Origin: an uncultured Pseudomonadota bacterium
GTDB taxonomy: Bacteria > Pseudomonadota > Gammaproteobacteria > DASZBR01
Assembly: GCA_963712965.1 (NCBI GenBank)
Contig: CAVQJZ010000003.1
Coordinates: forward strand, 66,878 to 130,877
Length of the DNA: 64,000 nt
Reading direction: 5' to 3'
Positions within the stretch are counted from its first letter, which is position 1. Each line of letters begins with the position of its first letter. The notes under the pieces were generated by a model, which was given only the letters and a program-made list of their open reading frames with translations, was not told the origin of the DNA and ran no database searches. Position numbers and translations under genes: made by a program. Shown in pieces: positions 1 through 9,008 of this stretch.

Positions 1-1203
1 TAATTCGATGGGTTGTGCTTTGCCTACGACGCTTAAAATATCCGCGTTACTCGTTAAACATTCTTCCACTAAAATTTGCTTTTGTGCCATTTCATTTAAT
101 AATTGCTGCGAATTTTTTTCATAAGCAATATCAACGCCATGACCAATACGCGAAGCGCCGGCGATATTCACTGCCTCGCGCACGTGAAATGTCATATCTT
201 TGGGTGGTGTCGTGCCAGGTGCGAGTTCGCCGGCATGCAAATCAATTTCTACATTAGGATAAAGTTTATGAAAATATTGAAAAATACGCATATGCAATGT
301 GTAATCACGCAAGGCATAAAAACCATCTTCGGCTAAAACAATATTTACCGCGCGTACTAATTGAGGATCACGATGAGCAATTTCGAATGCCGCTTGCGTT
401 TGTGCAAATACTTCTGCAGGTGGCATATCGCGTAGCACAGCAAACTGATAAAGCATTTTTGTTTGGCAACCAGGATCTGCTTGAGAGGTGCCACAACGCA
501 TTAATTTCATCGCACTTGCCTGCATAGCATTGATATTTTTTACACCTAAGTTAACAACATTATTCATACCCAAAGCGTTTAATTTTTCACGCATGATGTC
601 GAAATTATTATTCCACCCTGCTTCATCACCTAAACGACTGGCGAAATCTTCGCCATTGGCATGCACTAAATGAATCATAAACGGTGCCAAGATAGGTTCT
701 AGATAATCAACATGTTCGCGTGCTGCACGATTGGCAATTTCTTGAATAATGTCTGGCGCGCTATTATTAACGATATTTTGTACGCGCAAAAATGTGTGGA
801 AAAAGTGTGTGAGATAGGATTGCGTTCCGCCTTGGTAATTTTCCATTGACCATGCATCAATGACTTTATTATAAAGCCCTGGGTTTTTGTGAATATTTTT
901 TAATTGATATTCAGCGGGACAGTTTTTTTCTTTAATGGCGTTAAATGTTTTAGGGTCAATGCAGTAGCCTTCTTTTGCGCCATAAGTGACTAAATTTTCG
1001 GCGTAAGTAGCGCCATCTAAGTGAATATGGATATCGCCGCCTTTAGGCATTTTGTGTAAAAACATTTGTAATTGCTCGGGACTGTTTTTGATCGAATTAA
1101 AATAAGCAGCGGTTTTTTCAGTGGCGGATGATTCAGCAAAAGCGGTAGTAGTAAAGAAAATAGCGGCAATAAGGCAGGTTTTGTATATTGTTTTAGCATG
1201 CAT
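1..1203 (-). CDS. Adenosine/AMP deaminase-family metallohydrolase with an N-terminal signal peptide. Partial: the 3' end runs off the window, so it is absent from the ORF track.
   Basis: My own minus-strand translation from the ATG at 1203 gives MHAKTIYKTCLIAAIFFTTTAFAESS..., followed by MPKGGDIHIHLDGA, HAGE and RIGHG motifs of the adenosine deaminase superfamily. The frame stays open to nt 1. Confidence 0.75.
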   Translation of the reverse strand, partial: MHAKTIYKTCLIAAIFFTTTAFAESSATEKTAAYFNSIKNSPEQLQMFLHKMPKGGDIHIHLDGATYAENLVTYGAKEGYCIDPKTFNAIKEKNCPAEYQLKNIHKNPGLYNKVIDAWSMENYQGGTQSYLTHFFHTFLRVQNIVNNSAPDIIQEIANRAAREHVDYLEPILAPFMIHLVHANGEDFASRLGDEAGWNNNFDIMREKLNALGMNNVVNLGVKNINAMQASAMKLMRCGTSQADPGCQTKMLYQFAVLRDMPPAEVFAQTQAAFEIAHRDPQLVRAVNIVLAEDGFYALRDYTLHMRIFQYFHKLYPNVEIDLHAGELAPGTTPPKDMTFHVREAVNIAGASRIGHGVDIAYEKNSQQLLNEMAQKQILVEECLTSNADILSVVGKAQPIEL

Positions 1204-1247
1204 TGAAGTAGTCTCTCCCGTTGGTCGTATAAAAGAAATGTGCTAGC

Positions 1248-2297
1248 ATGGCGCACTTTAATTTATTGGACTTCAAAATGCACGTCTTTGGTCAATTTCC
1301 GCAAACGCGCCTGCGACGCTTGCGTTACAACTCTCAAGTGAGAAATCTTGTTCAAGAAACGTATCTTCACCTCGATCAGTTGATTTTGCCTTTGTTTATC
1401 CGTCATGGAGCAAATATTAAAAATCCAATAGCCTCTATGCCAGGCCATTTTCAATGGAGTGTCGATAGGCTTCCCGAAGAAATTGCAGCGCTCAATAAAT
1501 TAGGCATCAAAAATATTATTTTATTCGGCATTCCTGAACACAAAGATCCTTTAGGTAAAGATTCTTATTCAGACAATGGCATTATTCAAACGGCTATTAA
1601 AGCTATAAAAAAAATATCTCCTACGATGTTGGTGATGACTGACGTTTGTTTTTGTGAATACGCTGATCATGGTCATTGTGGTGTTATTAATTCAGCGAAC
1701 GATGTCGATAACGATAAAACGCTGGAATTGTTAGCCAAACAAGCGGTGAGTCACGCTAAAGCTGGCGCAGATATTATTGCACCCAGTGGCATGATTGATG
1801 GCGCAGTAAAAGCAATTCGTATGGCATTAGACAAAGCTGATTTCATCCATATTCCCATTTTAAGTTACGCCGTGAAATATGCTTCAGGCATGTACGGGCC
1901 ATTTCGTGATGCGGCAGAAGGCGCGCCAAAATTTGGTGACCGTCGTACGCATCAAATGAATTTCGCCAATAGTGATGAAGCATTGCACGAGTGTGCGCTC
2001 GATATTCAAGAAGGCGCTGATATGTTGATGGTTAAACCCGCGCATACGTATTTAGATATTATTTATCGCGTCAAACAAACTTACCCCGCGCTGCCGTTGG
2101 GTGCGTATCACCCCAGCGGTGAATTTGCGATGATTAAAGCAGCGGCAGAAAAAGGTTGGATTGATGAAAAACGCGCAGTGCTTGAAGTATTAACATCGAT
2201 TCATCGTGCTGGCGCTGATTTTATTATTACTTATTTTGTGAAAGATGTTGCCAATTTTGTCATGCCGCACTTGTTGCGGCATCCGGAAAATGTTTGA
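1248..2297 (+). CDS. hemB: Porphobilinogen synthase (delta-aminolevulinate dehydratase)
   Basis: FPQTRLRRLRYN N-terminal signature and full-length HemB-like sequence. The start may be the ATG at 1278. The last ~12 codons ([12 protein letters not shown]) are encoded by a repeat element. Confidence 0.93.
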   Translation: MAHFNLLDFKMHVFGQFPQTRLRRLRYNSQVRNLVQETYLHLDQLILPLFIRHGANIKNPIASMPGHFQWSVDRLPEEIAALNKLGIKNIILFGIPEHKDPLGKDSYSDNGIIQTAIKAIKKISPTMLVMTDVCFCEYADHGHCGVINSANDVDNDKTLELLAKQAVSHAKAGADIIAPSGMIDGAVKAIRMALDKADFIHIPILSYAVKYASGMYGPFRDAAEGAPKFGDRRTHQMNFANSDEALHECALDIQEGADMLMVKPAHTYLDIIYRVKQTYPALPLGAYHPSGEFAMIKAAAEKGWIDEKRAVLEVLTSIHRAGADFIITYFVKDVANFVMPHLLRHPENV

Positions 2298-2334
2298 TTT
2301 TCACCAGACCCCGCAATAAATGCGGGGTGACAAA
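2259..2334. repeat. Family A palindromic MITE-like element, copy 1 (two hairpins, ~13-bp terminal inverted repeats)
   Basis: Sequence gtcatgccgcacttgttgcggcatccgg...accagaccccgcaataaatgcggggtgacaa. Near-identical copies lie at 30213-30290 and 62700-62775, with a half copy at 54294-54324. Confidence 0.8.
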
Positions 2335-2338
2335 TTAA

Positions 2339-3454
2339 TTATGAATAAATACTACCACCAGTTAATGGTTCAGGCACGCCGGTTGTTGCAGGAATGCTCA
2401 GTGGTAATTTCAAAATACTCCGCACAGCAAGCCAGGCAAATATTTGTGCTTCAAAAGACGCATTGTTCCAGCTAGTTTCACTGAGTGTTAACCCCAGGCG
2501 GGTTTCTAATTCTTTTTTAATCACGGGATTATGCGAACCGCCGCCAAGCAATACCCAATGTTTTGCATGATAACTTTTGTCTACAAGATGGATGCTTTGT
2601 GCAATGCAATCTGCGGTGAATGCTTCTAGTATTGCGCAACCATCTTCAATTGATAAATTATTTATTTCAGCAATTAAATCAAAATCATTAATATCAAATG
2701 ATTTCGGTGGTTTTTTTTGTAAATAAACATAATAAGTTTGGCGTAGTTTCTCTAAAGCTGTTTTATTTATTGTGCCGCGTAATCCGTATTGCCCATCATA
2801 ATCCATCGTTTCTTTGTTCTGTGTTTTTTGTTTAACGAATCGATCAATTAATCCATTGCCAGGACCTGTATCAAATCCTAAAAGATCATTAAATGTGGGC
2901 CCTTTAATGAAAGATACATTGGCAATGCCGCCGCAATTAACTATCGCTAAAGGAATTTTGTGATCGCGAATCGCTAATGCTTGATGATACAGTGGCGCAA
3001 ATGGTGCGCCCTGCCCGCCTGCTGCAATGTCATTTTTGCGAAAATCAGTGACGGTGGTAATACCTAATTTTTTGGCTAACCATTGCCCATCGCCTATTTG
3101 CACTGTAATTTTTTCATGTGGTGCGTGATACAACGTTTGACCGTGATAGCCAATGCAATCAATTTGTTTTGGAGTTAGTTTTAATTGATGAATTAATTCA
3201 GCAATGGCTTGATAATGTAATTCAGTAGAACGTTGTATGACAGTATGCGCTGTTTGATCAAGGTTGCCTTTGGCGGCTTTTGTTATTTTTTCTAATTGTT
3301 TAAGTTCGTGATGAAATTCAGGCGAGTATTTTAGTGAGTAATAACCAATTTCTTGAATCTGATTTTTACCATCCGTTTTTAATGCGCTCACATCAATGCC
3401 ATCCATCGATGTGCCGCTCATGGTGCCAATAGAAATAAATTCTTTATTGTTCAT
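2339..3454 (-). CDS. anmK: Anhydro-N-acetylmuramic acid kinase
   Basis: MSGTSMDGIDVS N-terminal motif and full-length AnmK-like sequence. Confidence 0.9.
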   Translation of the reverse strand: MNNKEFISIGTMSGTSMDGIDVSALKTDGKNQIQEIGYYSLKYSPEFHHELKQLEKITKAAKGNLDQTAHTVIQRSTELHYQAIAELIHQLKLTPKQIDCIGYHGQTLYHAPHEKITVQIGDGQWLAKKLGITTVTDFRKNDIAAGGQGAPFAPLYHQALAIRDHKIPLAIVNCGGIANVSFIKGPTFNDLLGFDTGPGNGLIDRFVKQKTQNKETMDYDGQYGLRGTINKTALEKLRQTYYVYLQKKPPKSFDINDFDLIAEINNLSIEDGCAILEAFTADCIAQSIHLVDKSYHAKHWVLLGGGSHNPVIKKELETRLGLTLSETSWNNASFEAQIFAWLAVRSILKLPLSIPATTGVPEPLTGGSIYS

Positions 3455-4509
3455 TGGCGTACCTTTTTTAGTGCCAACGCTTTCTTCTCAATCCAAAACC
3501 ATGATGTCATGGCAAGCAATAATGTTATTGGCAGCGCACATAAAAATAACATAAAAGGATTAGATAAATGAAAAAAATGCATTAACGTTTGTTGTACGGG
3601 AAATGCATAAATATAAACGCCATAGGAAAAATCGCCATAACGCGTTAATCGATTAAAATGAATTTTTTGCTGATAGGTGAGCAATAAAATGCCATACGTA
3701 AGCGTTATATAGAACATGGTTGAATATAAAAAAGTATGTGAAAAAATAAAGCAACTTATCACAAGAGCAATAGCAGTAAATAAATTAAGTGTAATTACTT
3801 TGCGACAGAGATATGCAATAGCACCCAGGATAAAACATCCCTCCGGTATAATAGCTGGATATAACAAGGCTCGAAGTTTTGGATCAGCGCTGACAACTGT
3901 TGGCAAATAATGAAGTGTGAATATGAAAAATAACGTCGTTAATAAAATGCTGGCAAGCAATGATTTTTTTAATAAGCGAGTTATACCAAGAAATGCAACC
4001 ATCAGATACATGCTAAATTCTATGGGTAAAGTCCATAGCGATCCATTAACTGCTGTTGGATAGCTATTATGCAAAAACACGCCTGGCAGAGCATAAATAG
4101 GATATAAAATACTATTATAAAAAATATATGTATATGTTTCATGGTTTGTAAAATAAGCTTTCAGCGATAAACTGGTGACAATGGGGCCAACGATTAGCGC
4201 CGCAAATAATACAGCAATGATCAAAGCAGGAAAAATACGCAGAACACGTGCGCGTAAATAGACAAGTAGGTCATGACGTTGGCAATAACTTCGTGTAATT
4301 AAAAATCCACTGATAATAAAAAAACACGAAACAGCTAATCCTCCAAATGTGGTTAAGCCGTGGCTAAATACAGCCAAGGGTTCGTAGGTTTTCCCCGTAA
4401 GCGGATAGCTATGAGAAAAGATGACAGCTATGGCCGCCATTAAACGAATAAAATCAAAATTATTGTTTTTTGTTTCGGCGCATACGGCTAGCTGTTTGGA
4501 TTTGATCAT
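3451..4509 (-). CDS. Acyltransferase family 3 integral membrane protein (O-acyltransferase)
   Basis: Polytopic membrane protein with an FDFIRLMAAIAVIFSHSY-type acyltransferase-3 N-terminus. It has 4-nt overlaps with both neighbours. Confidence 0.75.
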   Translation of the reverse strand: MIKSKQLAVCAETKNNNFDFIRLMAAIAVIFSHSYPLTGKTYEPLAVFSHGLTTFGGLAVSCFFIISGFLITRSYCQRHDLLVYLRARVLRIFPALIIAVLFAALIVGPIVTSLSLKAYFTNHETYTYIFYNSILYPIYALPGVFLHNSYPTAVNGSLWTLPIEFSMYLMVAFLGITRLLKKSLLASILLTTLFFIFTLHYLPTVVSADPKLRALLYPAIIPEGCFILGAIAYLCRKVITLNLFTAIALVISCFIFSHTFLYSTMFYITLTYGILLLTYQQKIHFNRLTRYGDFSYGVYIYAFPVQQTLMHFFHLSNPFMLFLCALPITLLLAMTSWFWIEKKALALKKVRQ

Positions 4510-4958
4510 CTATCTTGCTCCGTTGCACAATTCACCAACCATTTTCGAATTAACTTTTCTTCTGCAGGTTTTAAATTTTTTAGCATATCAGCTTCAATAA
4601 CTTTAACGAGGCGTCGACATTGCTCTATTCTTTTTTTGCCCAGCGCCGTTACCGATACTTCCAATACGCGGCCATGTACTTTGTGCGGTGTTCGCGTCAC
4701 TAATTTAGCTTTCTCAAGATTGATAATAATTAAATTAACCGCTTGTGGTGAGAGCATGCAAATGCGCGCAATATCTGCAGCGTGAGAAGCTAAGCAAAGT
4801 CCAATGGCTTTTAATACGGCAAACTGTGGGTGTGTCATCGGTAGTTCACGTAACGCACGATCAATGCGTAGTCGAGTGATGTGCGCGGCTTGGCGTAAAA
4901 GATAGCCAATTTTTCCTTCAACACCACGATACCCTTCACCCGGTTGTGTTATTTTCAT
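4506..4958 (-). CDS. MarR family transcriptional regulator
   Basis: 150 aa with a winged-helix MarR pattern (LTHPQFAVLKAI..., ...RTPHKVHGRVLEVSVTALGKK). Confidence 0.85.
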   Translation of the reverse strand: MKITQPGEGYRGVEGKIGYLLRQAAHITRLRIDRALRELPMTHPQFAVLKAIGLCLASHAADIARICMLSPQAVNLIIINLEKAKLVTRTPHKVHGRVLEVSVTALGKKRIEQCRRLVKVIEADMLKNLKPAEEKLIRKWLVNCATEQDR

Positions 4959-4989
4959 AAAGTTCCTCGCCGACTATATTGACAATACA

Positions 4990-5004
4990 TTGATATTATA
5001 TCAA
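4990..5004. promoter_or_regulatory. Candidate MarR operator: perfect 7-1-7 palindrome TTGATATTATATCAA in the marR/MFS divergent intergenic region
   Basis: The palindrome is read directly. A TTGACA hexamer lies at 4979-4984. The site sits between the divergent marR (ends 4958) and the MFS gene ATG at 5014. Confidence 0.35.
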
Positions 5005-5013
5005 CATGTTGCC

Positions 5014-6204
5014 ATGAAAACTCAACAGCATTATTTAATCGCTATTATCGCTTTGCTCATTATTCCTATTTCAGGAATCAGCACTGATATTTATGTGCCT
5101 TCGTTGCCCGCGGTGGCCCACTTCTTTCACGCGGATAAAGCGCTAGTTCAATTAACCATTACCGCCTACATGATTGGTTTTGGTGCCATGCAATTATTTT
5201 CGGGAAGCTTATCAGATAGCATTGGGCGAAAGAAACCCTTTATTGTTTCGATGATCATCTATATTGCGGCAACGTTTTTAGTCACCCTATCGACAAGTAT
5301 TTACCAGTTATTGTTATTGCGCTTTATTCAAGGATTGATGGTCGGTTGTTTCAATGTTCCGATGCGTGCGTTAATCGCGGATTTATTTGAAGGTAAAGCA
5401 TTTTATAAAATGATGGGTTACATGACGATGGCTTGGTCCATTGGCCCGGTGATTGCGCCAGCGATAGGCGGTTATTTACAGCATTATTTTAATTGGCACG
5501 CACCTTTTTATTTTTTAATGGGTTATGGATTAATTTTTCTAGTGTTAAACATCTTGTTTGTGCCCGAAACATTAAAACAAACCAAACCTTTCCAAATTAC
5601 TAAAATATTTGAACGCTATAGCGAAGTGTTATTACATAAAGAATATATCGCTTGTTTGCTTTGCTCTGGCGCGCTGCTTTCCTTGCTTATTTTATTTAGC
5701 GTGGTGAATTCATTTTTTATACAAAGCGTATTGCATTACTCAGTGATTGATTTTGGACATATTGCATTGCTCATGGGGTTCGCTTGGTTTTTAGGTAACA
5801 CGACACATCGTTTAACGATTCATTATTCGATGCAAAATAAAGTAAAACTTTGTTTTTGGTTAATGTTGCTCGATGTTTTGTTGATGTTAGTGATGGCCTG
5901 TATTTGGCCTACGAGTATTTATAATATTGTGATCACGACATTTGTACTATTATATTTAGGCGGCATCGTATTTCCTAATTACTTTGCCAAGACAGTGGCT
6001 TTATTTCCACATATGGCTGGAATAGCCAGCGCATTATCTGGTGCTTTCAGTGTCTTAATTGCAAGCGTTATCTCAGCGCTTGCTGCTTTATTAAGATCCA
6101 ACACGCAAATTCCACTTGCACTTACCTATTTGGGGATTAGTATTGTATGTTTGCTAATCTTTTATTGGGAACAAATAGGAAAAACAAGTTCATGCAAAAC
6201 GTAA
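5014..6204 (+). CDS. MFS transporter, Bcr/CflA drug-resistance subfamily (copy 1)
   Basis: 12-TM-like profile with GRKKPFIVSMIIY and RFIQGL motifs. ATG at 5014 is preferred over the TTG at 4990 used by the track. Confidence 0.85.
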   Translation: MKTQQHYLIAIIALLIIPISGISTDIYVPSLPAVAHFFHADKALVQLTITAYMIGFGAMQLFSGSLSDSIGRKKPFIVSMIIYIAATFLVTLSTSIYQLLLLRFIQGLMVGCFNVPMRALIADLFEGKAFYKMMGYMTMAWSIGPVIAPAIGGYLQHYFNWHAPFYFLMGYGLIFLVLNILFVPETLKQTKPFQITKIFERYSEVLLHKEYIACLLCSGALLSLLILFSVVNSFFIQSVLHYSVIDFGHIALLMGFAWFLGNTTHRLTIHYSMQNKVKLCFWLMLLDVLLMLVMACIWPTSIYNIVITTFVLLYLGGIVFPNYFAKTVALFPHMAGIASALSGAFSVLIASVISALAALLRSNTQIPLALTYLGISIVCLLIFYWEQIGKTSSCKT

Positions 6205-7376
6205 AGCTTACGCCGTTTATATTTGGCATATTGGTATTGATGGGTTCTTTAGGTCAATTCGCTGCGGATATTTACGCCCCTTCTCTTCCAGCAATCAGCA
6301 AAGCATTTGCTGTGAGCAGTGCTGAAGTGCAAATTACCATGTCTGTTTTTATGTTGGCATTTGCTATTTCACAATTATTTTATGGTCCATGGTCTGATAA
6401 AGTCGGGCGACGCAAACCGGTATTAAATGGCATTTTGTTAGCGCTTGTAGGAAGTATTGCTTGTTTGTTGGCACCCAACATTTACGTATTAATGGCTGGG
6501 CGCTTTTTGCAAGGGTTAGGCGCTGGTGTCACATTGTGTTTAGGTCGCGTGATCCTGCGCGATATTATGTCTGGCACGCAGCTTGCTAAATTCGGTTCAT
6601 TTTTTAATATTATTTTTTCAACGGTCGTTGCTATTGCGCCAATGCTTGGCGGGTACTTGCAAGATTATTTTGATTGGCGCGCATCATTTATTTTTTTATT
6701 ACTCTATGGAATATGCCTATTTATTATTATTTGGCGTGCGTTTCCTGAAACACATTTTAATTTAAATCCCCTAGCCACTAAAGTTAGTGAAATGACTAAA
6801 AATTATCTTATCTTGTTAAAGTGTAGAACATTTATTGGTTATGTGATTTCTTCAAGCTGCGCCTATAGCGGTTTAGTTTGTTACATGACGGTGGCGAGTT
6901 TCTTATTGCAACGTGTGGTAGGTTTAACCGCATCGCAATTTGGTTGGTTATCGTTTGTCACCGCCGCCGCTGTTTCATCCACTGCCTTTATTAATAGTCG
7001 ATTGGTGGCGAAAAAAGGCATTAATTACATGGTTAATCTGGGCAATTTATTGATGTTGCTTTCGGGTATAACTATGTTGACGCTTGCCCTGTTTGGTTTA
7101 ATTAATGTATGGGTCATCATGATTCCGATGGTATTTTTTAGCATGGGTTGTGGTTGCACATTTGCTAATGCATTTGCCGGTGCTTTTCACCCTTTCCCGC
7201 ATATGGCAGGAAGTGCAGGCGCGTTATATGGATGCTTGCAAATTTTAGGCACATCATTAGCCATAGGTATTATCGCGCTTGCGCATACATCGAATCAGTT
7301 GCCATTGGCGATTATGTTATTTTCATTAGGATTAATTTCACGATTGTCTATGCGCTATTTGGTGGGGAATGCGTAA
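6192..7376 (+). CDS. MFS transporter, Bcr/CflA drug-resistance subfamily (copy 2)
   Basis: Paralogous to copy 1 (DIYAPSLPAI, GRRKPVL, GRFLQGLGAG). ATG at 6192 is the likely start. Confidence 0.85.
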   Translation: MQNVKLTPFIFGILVLMGSLGQFAADIYAPSLPAISKAFAVSSAEVQITMSVFMLAFAISQLFYGPWSDKVGRRKPVLNGILLALVGSIACLLAPNIYVLMAGRFLQGLGAGVTLCLGRVILRDIMSGTQLAKFGSFFNIIFSTVVAIAPMLGGYLQDYFDWRASFIFLLLYGICLFIIIWRAFPETHFNLNPLATKVSEMTKNYLILLKCRTFIGYVISSSCAYSGLVCYMTVASFLLQRVVGLTASQFGWLSFVTAAAVSSTAFINSRLVAKKGINYMVNLGNLLMLLSGITMLTLALFGLINVWVIMIPMVFFSMGCGCTFANAFAGAFHPFPHMAGSAGALYGCLQILGTSLAIGIIALAHTSNQLPLAIMLFSLGLISRLSMRYLVGNA

Positions 7377-8022
7377 TATGATGAAAACCATTTTATGTTA
7401 TGGCGATTCACATGTATGGGGTTTTATTCCAGGCAGTTTCGATGCCAATACAGGTTTGTCTAAGCGTCATCCGAGAAACAAACGCTGGACTGGTGTGCTG
7501 CAAGAATTACTTGGCAATAATTATTATGTTATTGAAGAAGGTATTAATGGTCGCACAACAGATTTAGATGAAATCACTCCCGGGCGACCTAATCGCAATG
7601 GCTTCGCGTTATTATCCGCGGCGTTTGATGCGCACTACCCCGTGGATCTTGTTATTTTTATGTTGGGCAGCAACGATACCAAAATACAATTTAATCGCGC
7701 AGTTAATGAAACAAAAGAAGCGATGAGAAAATTAATTCATTTTACTAAAACATCTGCATTGCATCAGCCAAAAATATTATTAATTGCCGCACCACCTATT
7801 ATCAAAATAGCAACACTACATCCTCAGTTAACAGATGAATCTGTTGAAAAATCAACAATGCTTGGCGCGCTTTATCAAACATTAGCGAAAGAAGAAAATT
7901 GTGCTTACTTAGATGCTTCTCAGATTGTGACAGCGAGCGAATTAGATGGTGTTCATTTTGATGAACAACAATGTACATTGTTAGCGCAAGCTGTGGCGGA
8001 AATGGTGAAGAAGATAATTTAG
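7369..8022 (+). CDS. SGNH/GDSL-family hydrolase (arylesterase/lipase-like)
   Basis: ILCYGDSHVWG (block I GDS), GINGRTT and GSND blocks, and a C-terminal DGVHF block. Confidence 0.8.
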   Translation: MRNMMKTILCYGDSHVWGFIPGSFDANTGLSKRHPRNKRWTGVLQELLGNNYYVIEEGINGRTTDLDEITPGRPNRNGFALLSAAFDAHYPVDLVIFMLGSNDTKIQFNRAVNETKEAMRKLIHFTKTSALHQPKILLIAAPPIIKIATLHPQLTDESVEKSTMLGALYQTLAKEENCAYLDASQIVTASELDGVHFDEQQCTLLAQAVAEMVKKII

Positions 8023-8045
8023 TCCGGGATTCATTTGAGACAATT

Positions 8046-8094
8046 GTCATTGCGAGACGACAAAGCCGAAGGCGAAGTCGGCGTGGCAATCCAG
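8046..8094. repeat. Family D GC-rich element (gtcattgcgag...ggcaatccag)
   Basis: Shares gtcattgcgag and caatccag blocks with the large palindrome at 44991-45096. It lies exactly at the 5' truncation point of the MFS pseudogene. Confidence 0.55.
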
Positions 8095-8095
8095 T

Positions 8096-8977
8096 ATCTT
8101 TTGTTTATGCGCTGCATCCTATCAATTTCTTCTTATTGGCCGTTTTCTCCAAGGTATAGGAATAGCCGCGTCCGCAATTCTCAGTTTTTTAATTATTGCT
8201 GATGCTTATTCCCTTAAGAAGCAACAATACTTTATGGCAATGTTGAATGGATCAATGAATGCTACTGCCGCTTTTGCTCCCGTCATTGGAAGTTATGTAA
8301 CACTGTATTTTCATTGGCAAGGTAATTTTATGGTGCTTTTATTTCTAGGGCTAACAGCGTTAGTAATGATGGCGTTTTTTATTCCCGCGCATAAACCACC
8401 TGAACATAAAGAAACTCTTTCGTTGCGCGGATATATTCCGCTATTTCAATCAAAACCTTTAATGCTTCTCATCACCTAGCTATACATGAAAGATTTGGGC
8501 GTGAGTCTCTCGTACTTTGATTATTATCAGGGTGTATTGGCTTTGGCATTTGCGCTTGGAAGTATAGGCTTTGGTTTGATCATCAAAAAATACGATCATC
8601 AGAAGAAAATGCTATATATTTCAAATCAAATTTTCGTTGCCGCTTTAATTGGCATTGCGTTAACGGCTTTTCTGGATAATTCTAATCCATTATTTATTAC
8701 TCTCGCATTGCTTCTTTTTGTGATAGGTCAGATTATCCCAAGCGCAATACTTTATCCCCTCTGTTTAAATTTTATGCCGCAAGCAAAAGCGCGAGTATCC
8801 GCCATTATTCAGGGCGCCCGTCTTATCTTCTCAGCGCTTAGTCTTCAGCTTGCCGGATATTATTATCAAGGAACGTTTCGAAATATTGGAATTATTCTCA
8901 TTGGCTTCATTTTCCTTGCGATTGTTACTTTGTTGTTGGTCATAAAAAATCGTGACCTCGTAAAGCAGATGAGTTAA
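8096..8977 (+). pseudogene. Decayed third Bcr/CflA MFS transporter: 5'-truncated with an internal stop and deletion
   Basis: The frame of ORF 8234-8479 extends upstream to ...LIGRFLQGIGIAASAIL, a motif that sits ~100 aa into the intact paralogs, with no N-terminal part. A TAG at 8477-8479 is followed by a second fragment (8486-8977), and a TM segment appears to be missing. Confidence 0.7.
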
Positions 8978-9008
8978 GTTACAACATAACCTATGAAGGA
9001 GACCGAGC

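Noticed and set aside
15-673. Four plus-strand ORFs of 61-80 aa from the track (15-257, 103-336, 297-527, 488-673)
   Set aside because: They are antisense to a continuous minus-strand adenosine deaminase-family reading frame (1-1203) with clear catalytic motifs. Their translations are low-quality with no motifs.
1017-1256. Minus-strand 79-aa ORF (MRHASTFLLYDQRE...)
   Set aside because: It is out of frame with the real gene. The deaminase starts at the ATG at 1203 in another frame and has a proper signal peptide.
8234-8977. Two separate small membrane-protein genes (81 aa and 163 aa)
   Set aside because: Together with upstream in-frame sequence they align as consecutive pieces of one Bcr/CflA MFS transporter lacking its N-terminus. 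I treat them as one pseudogene.
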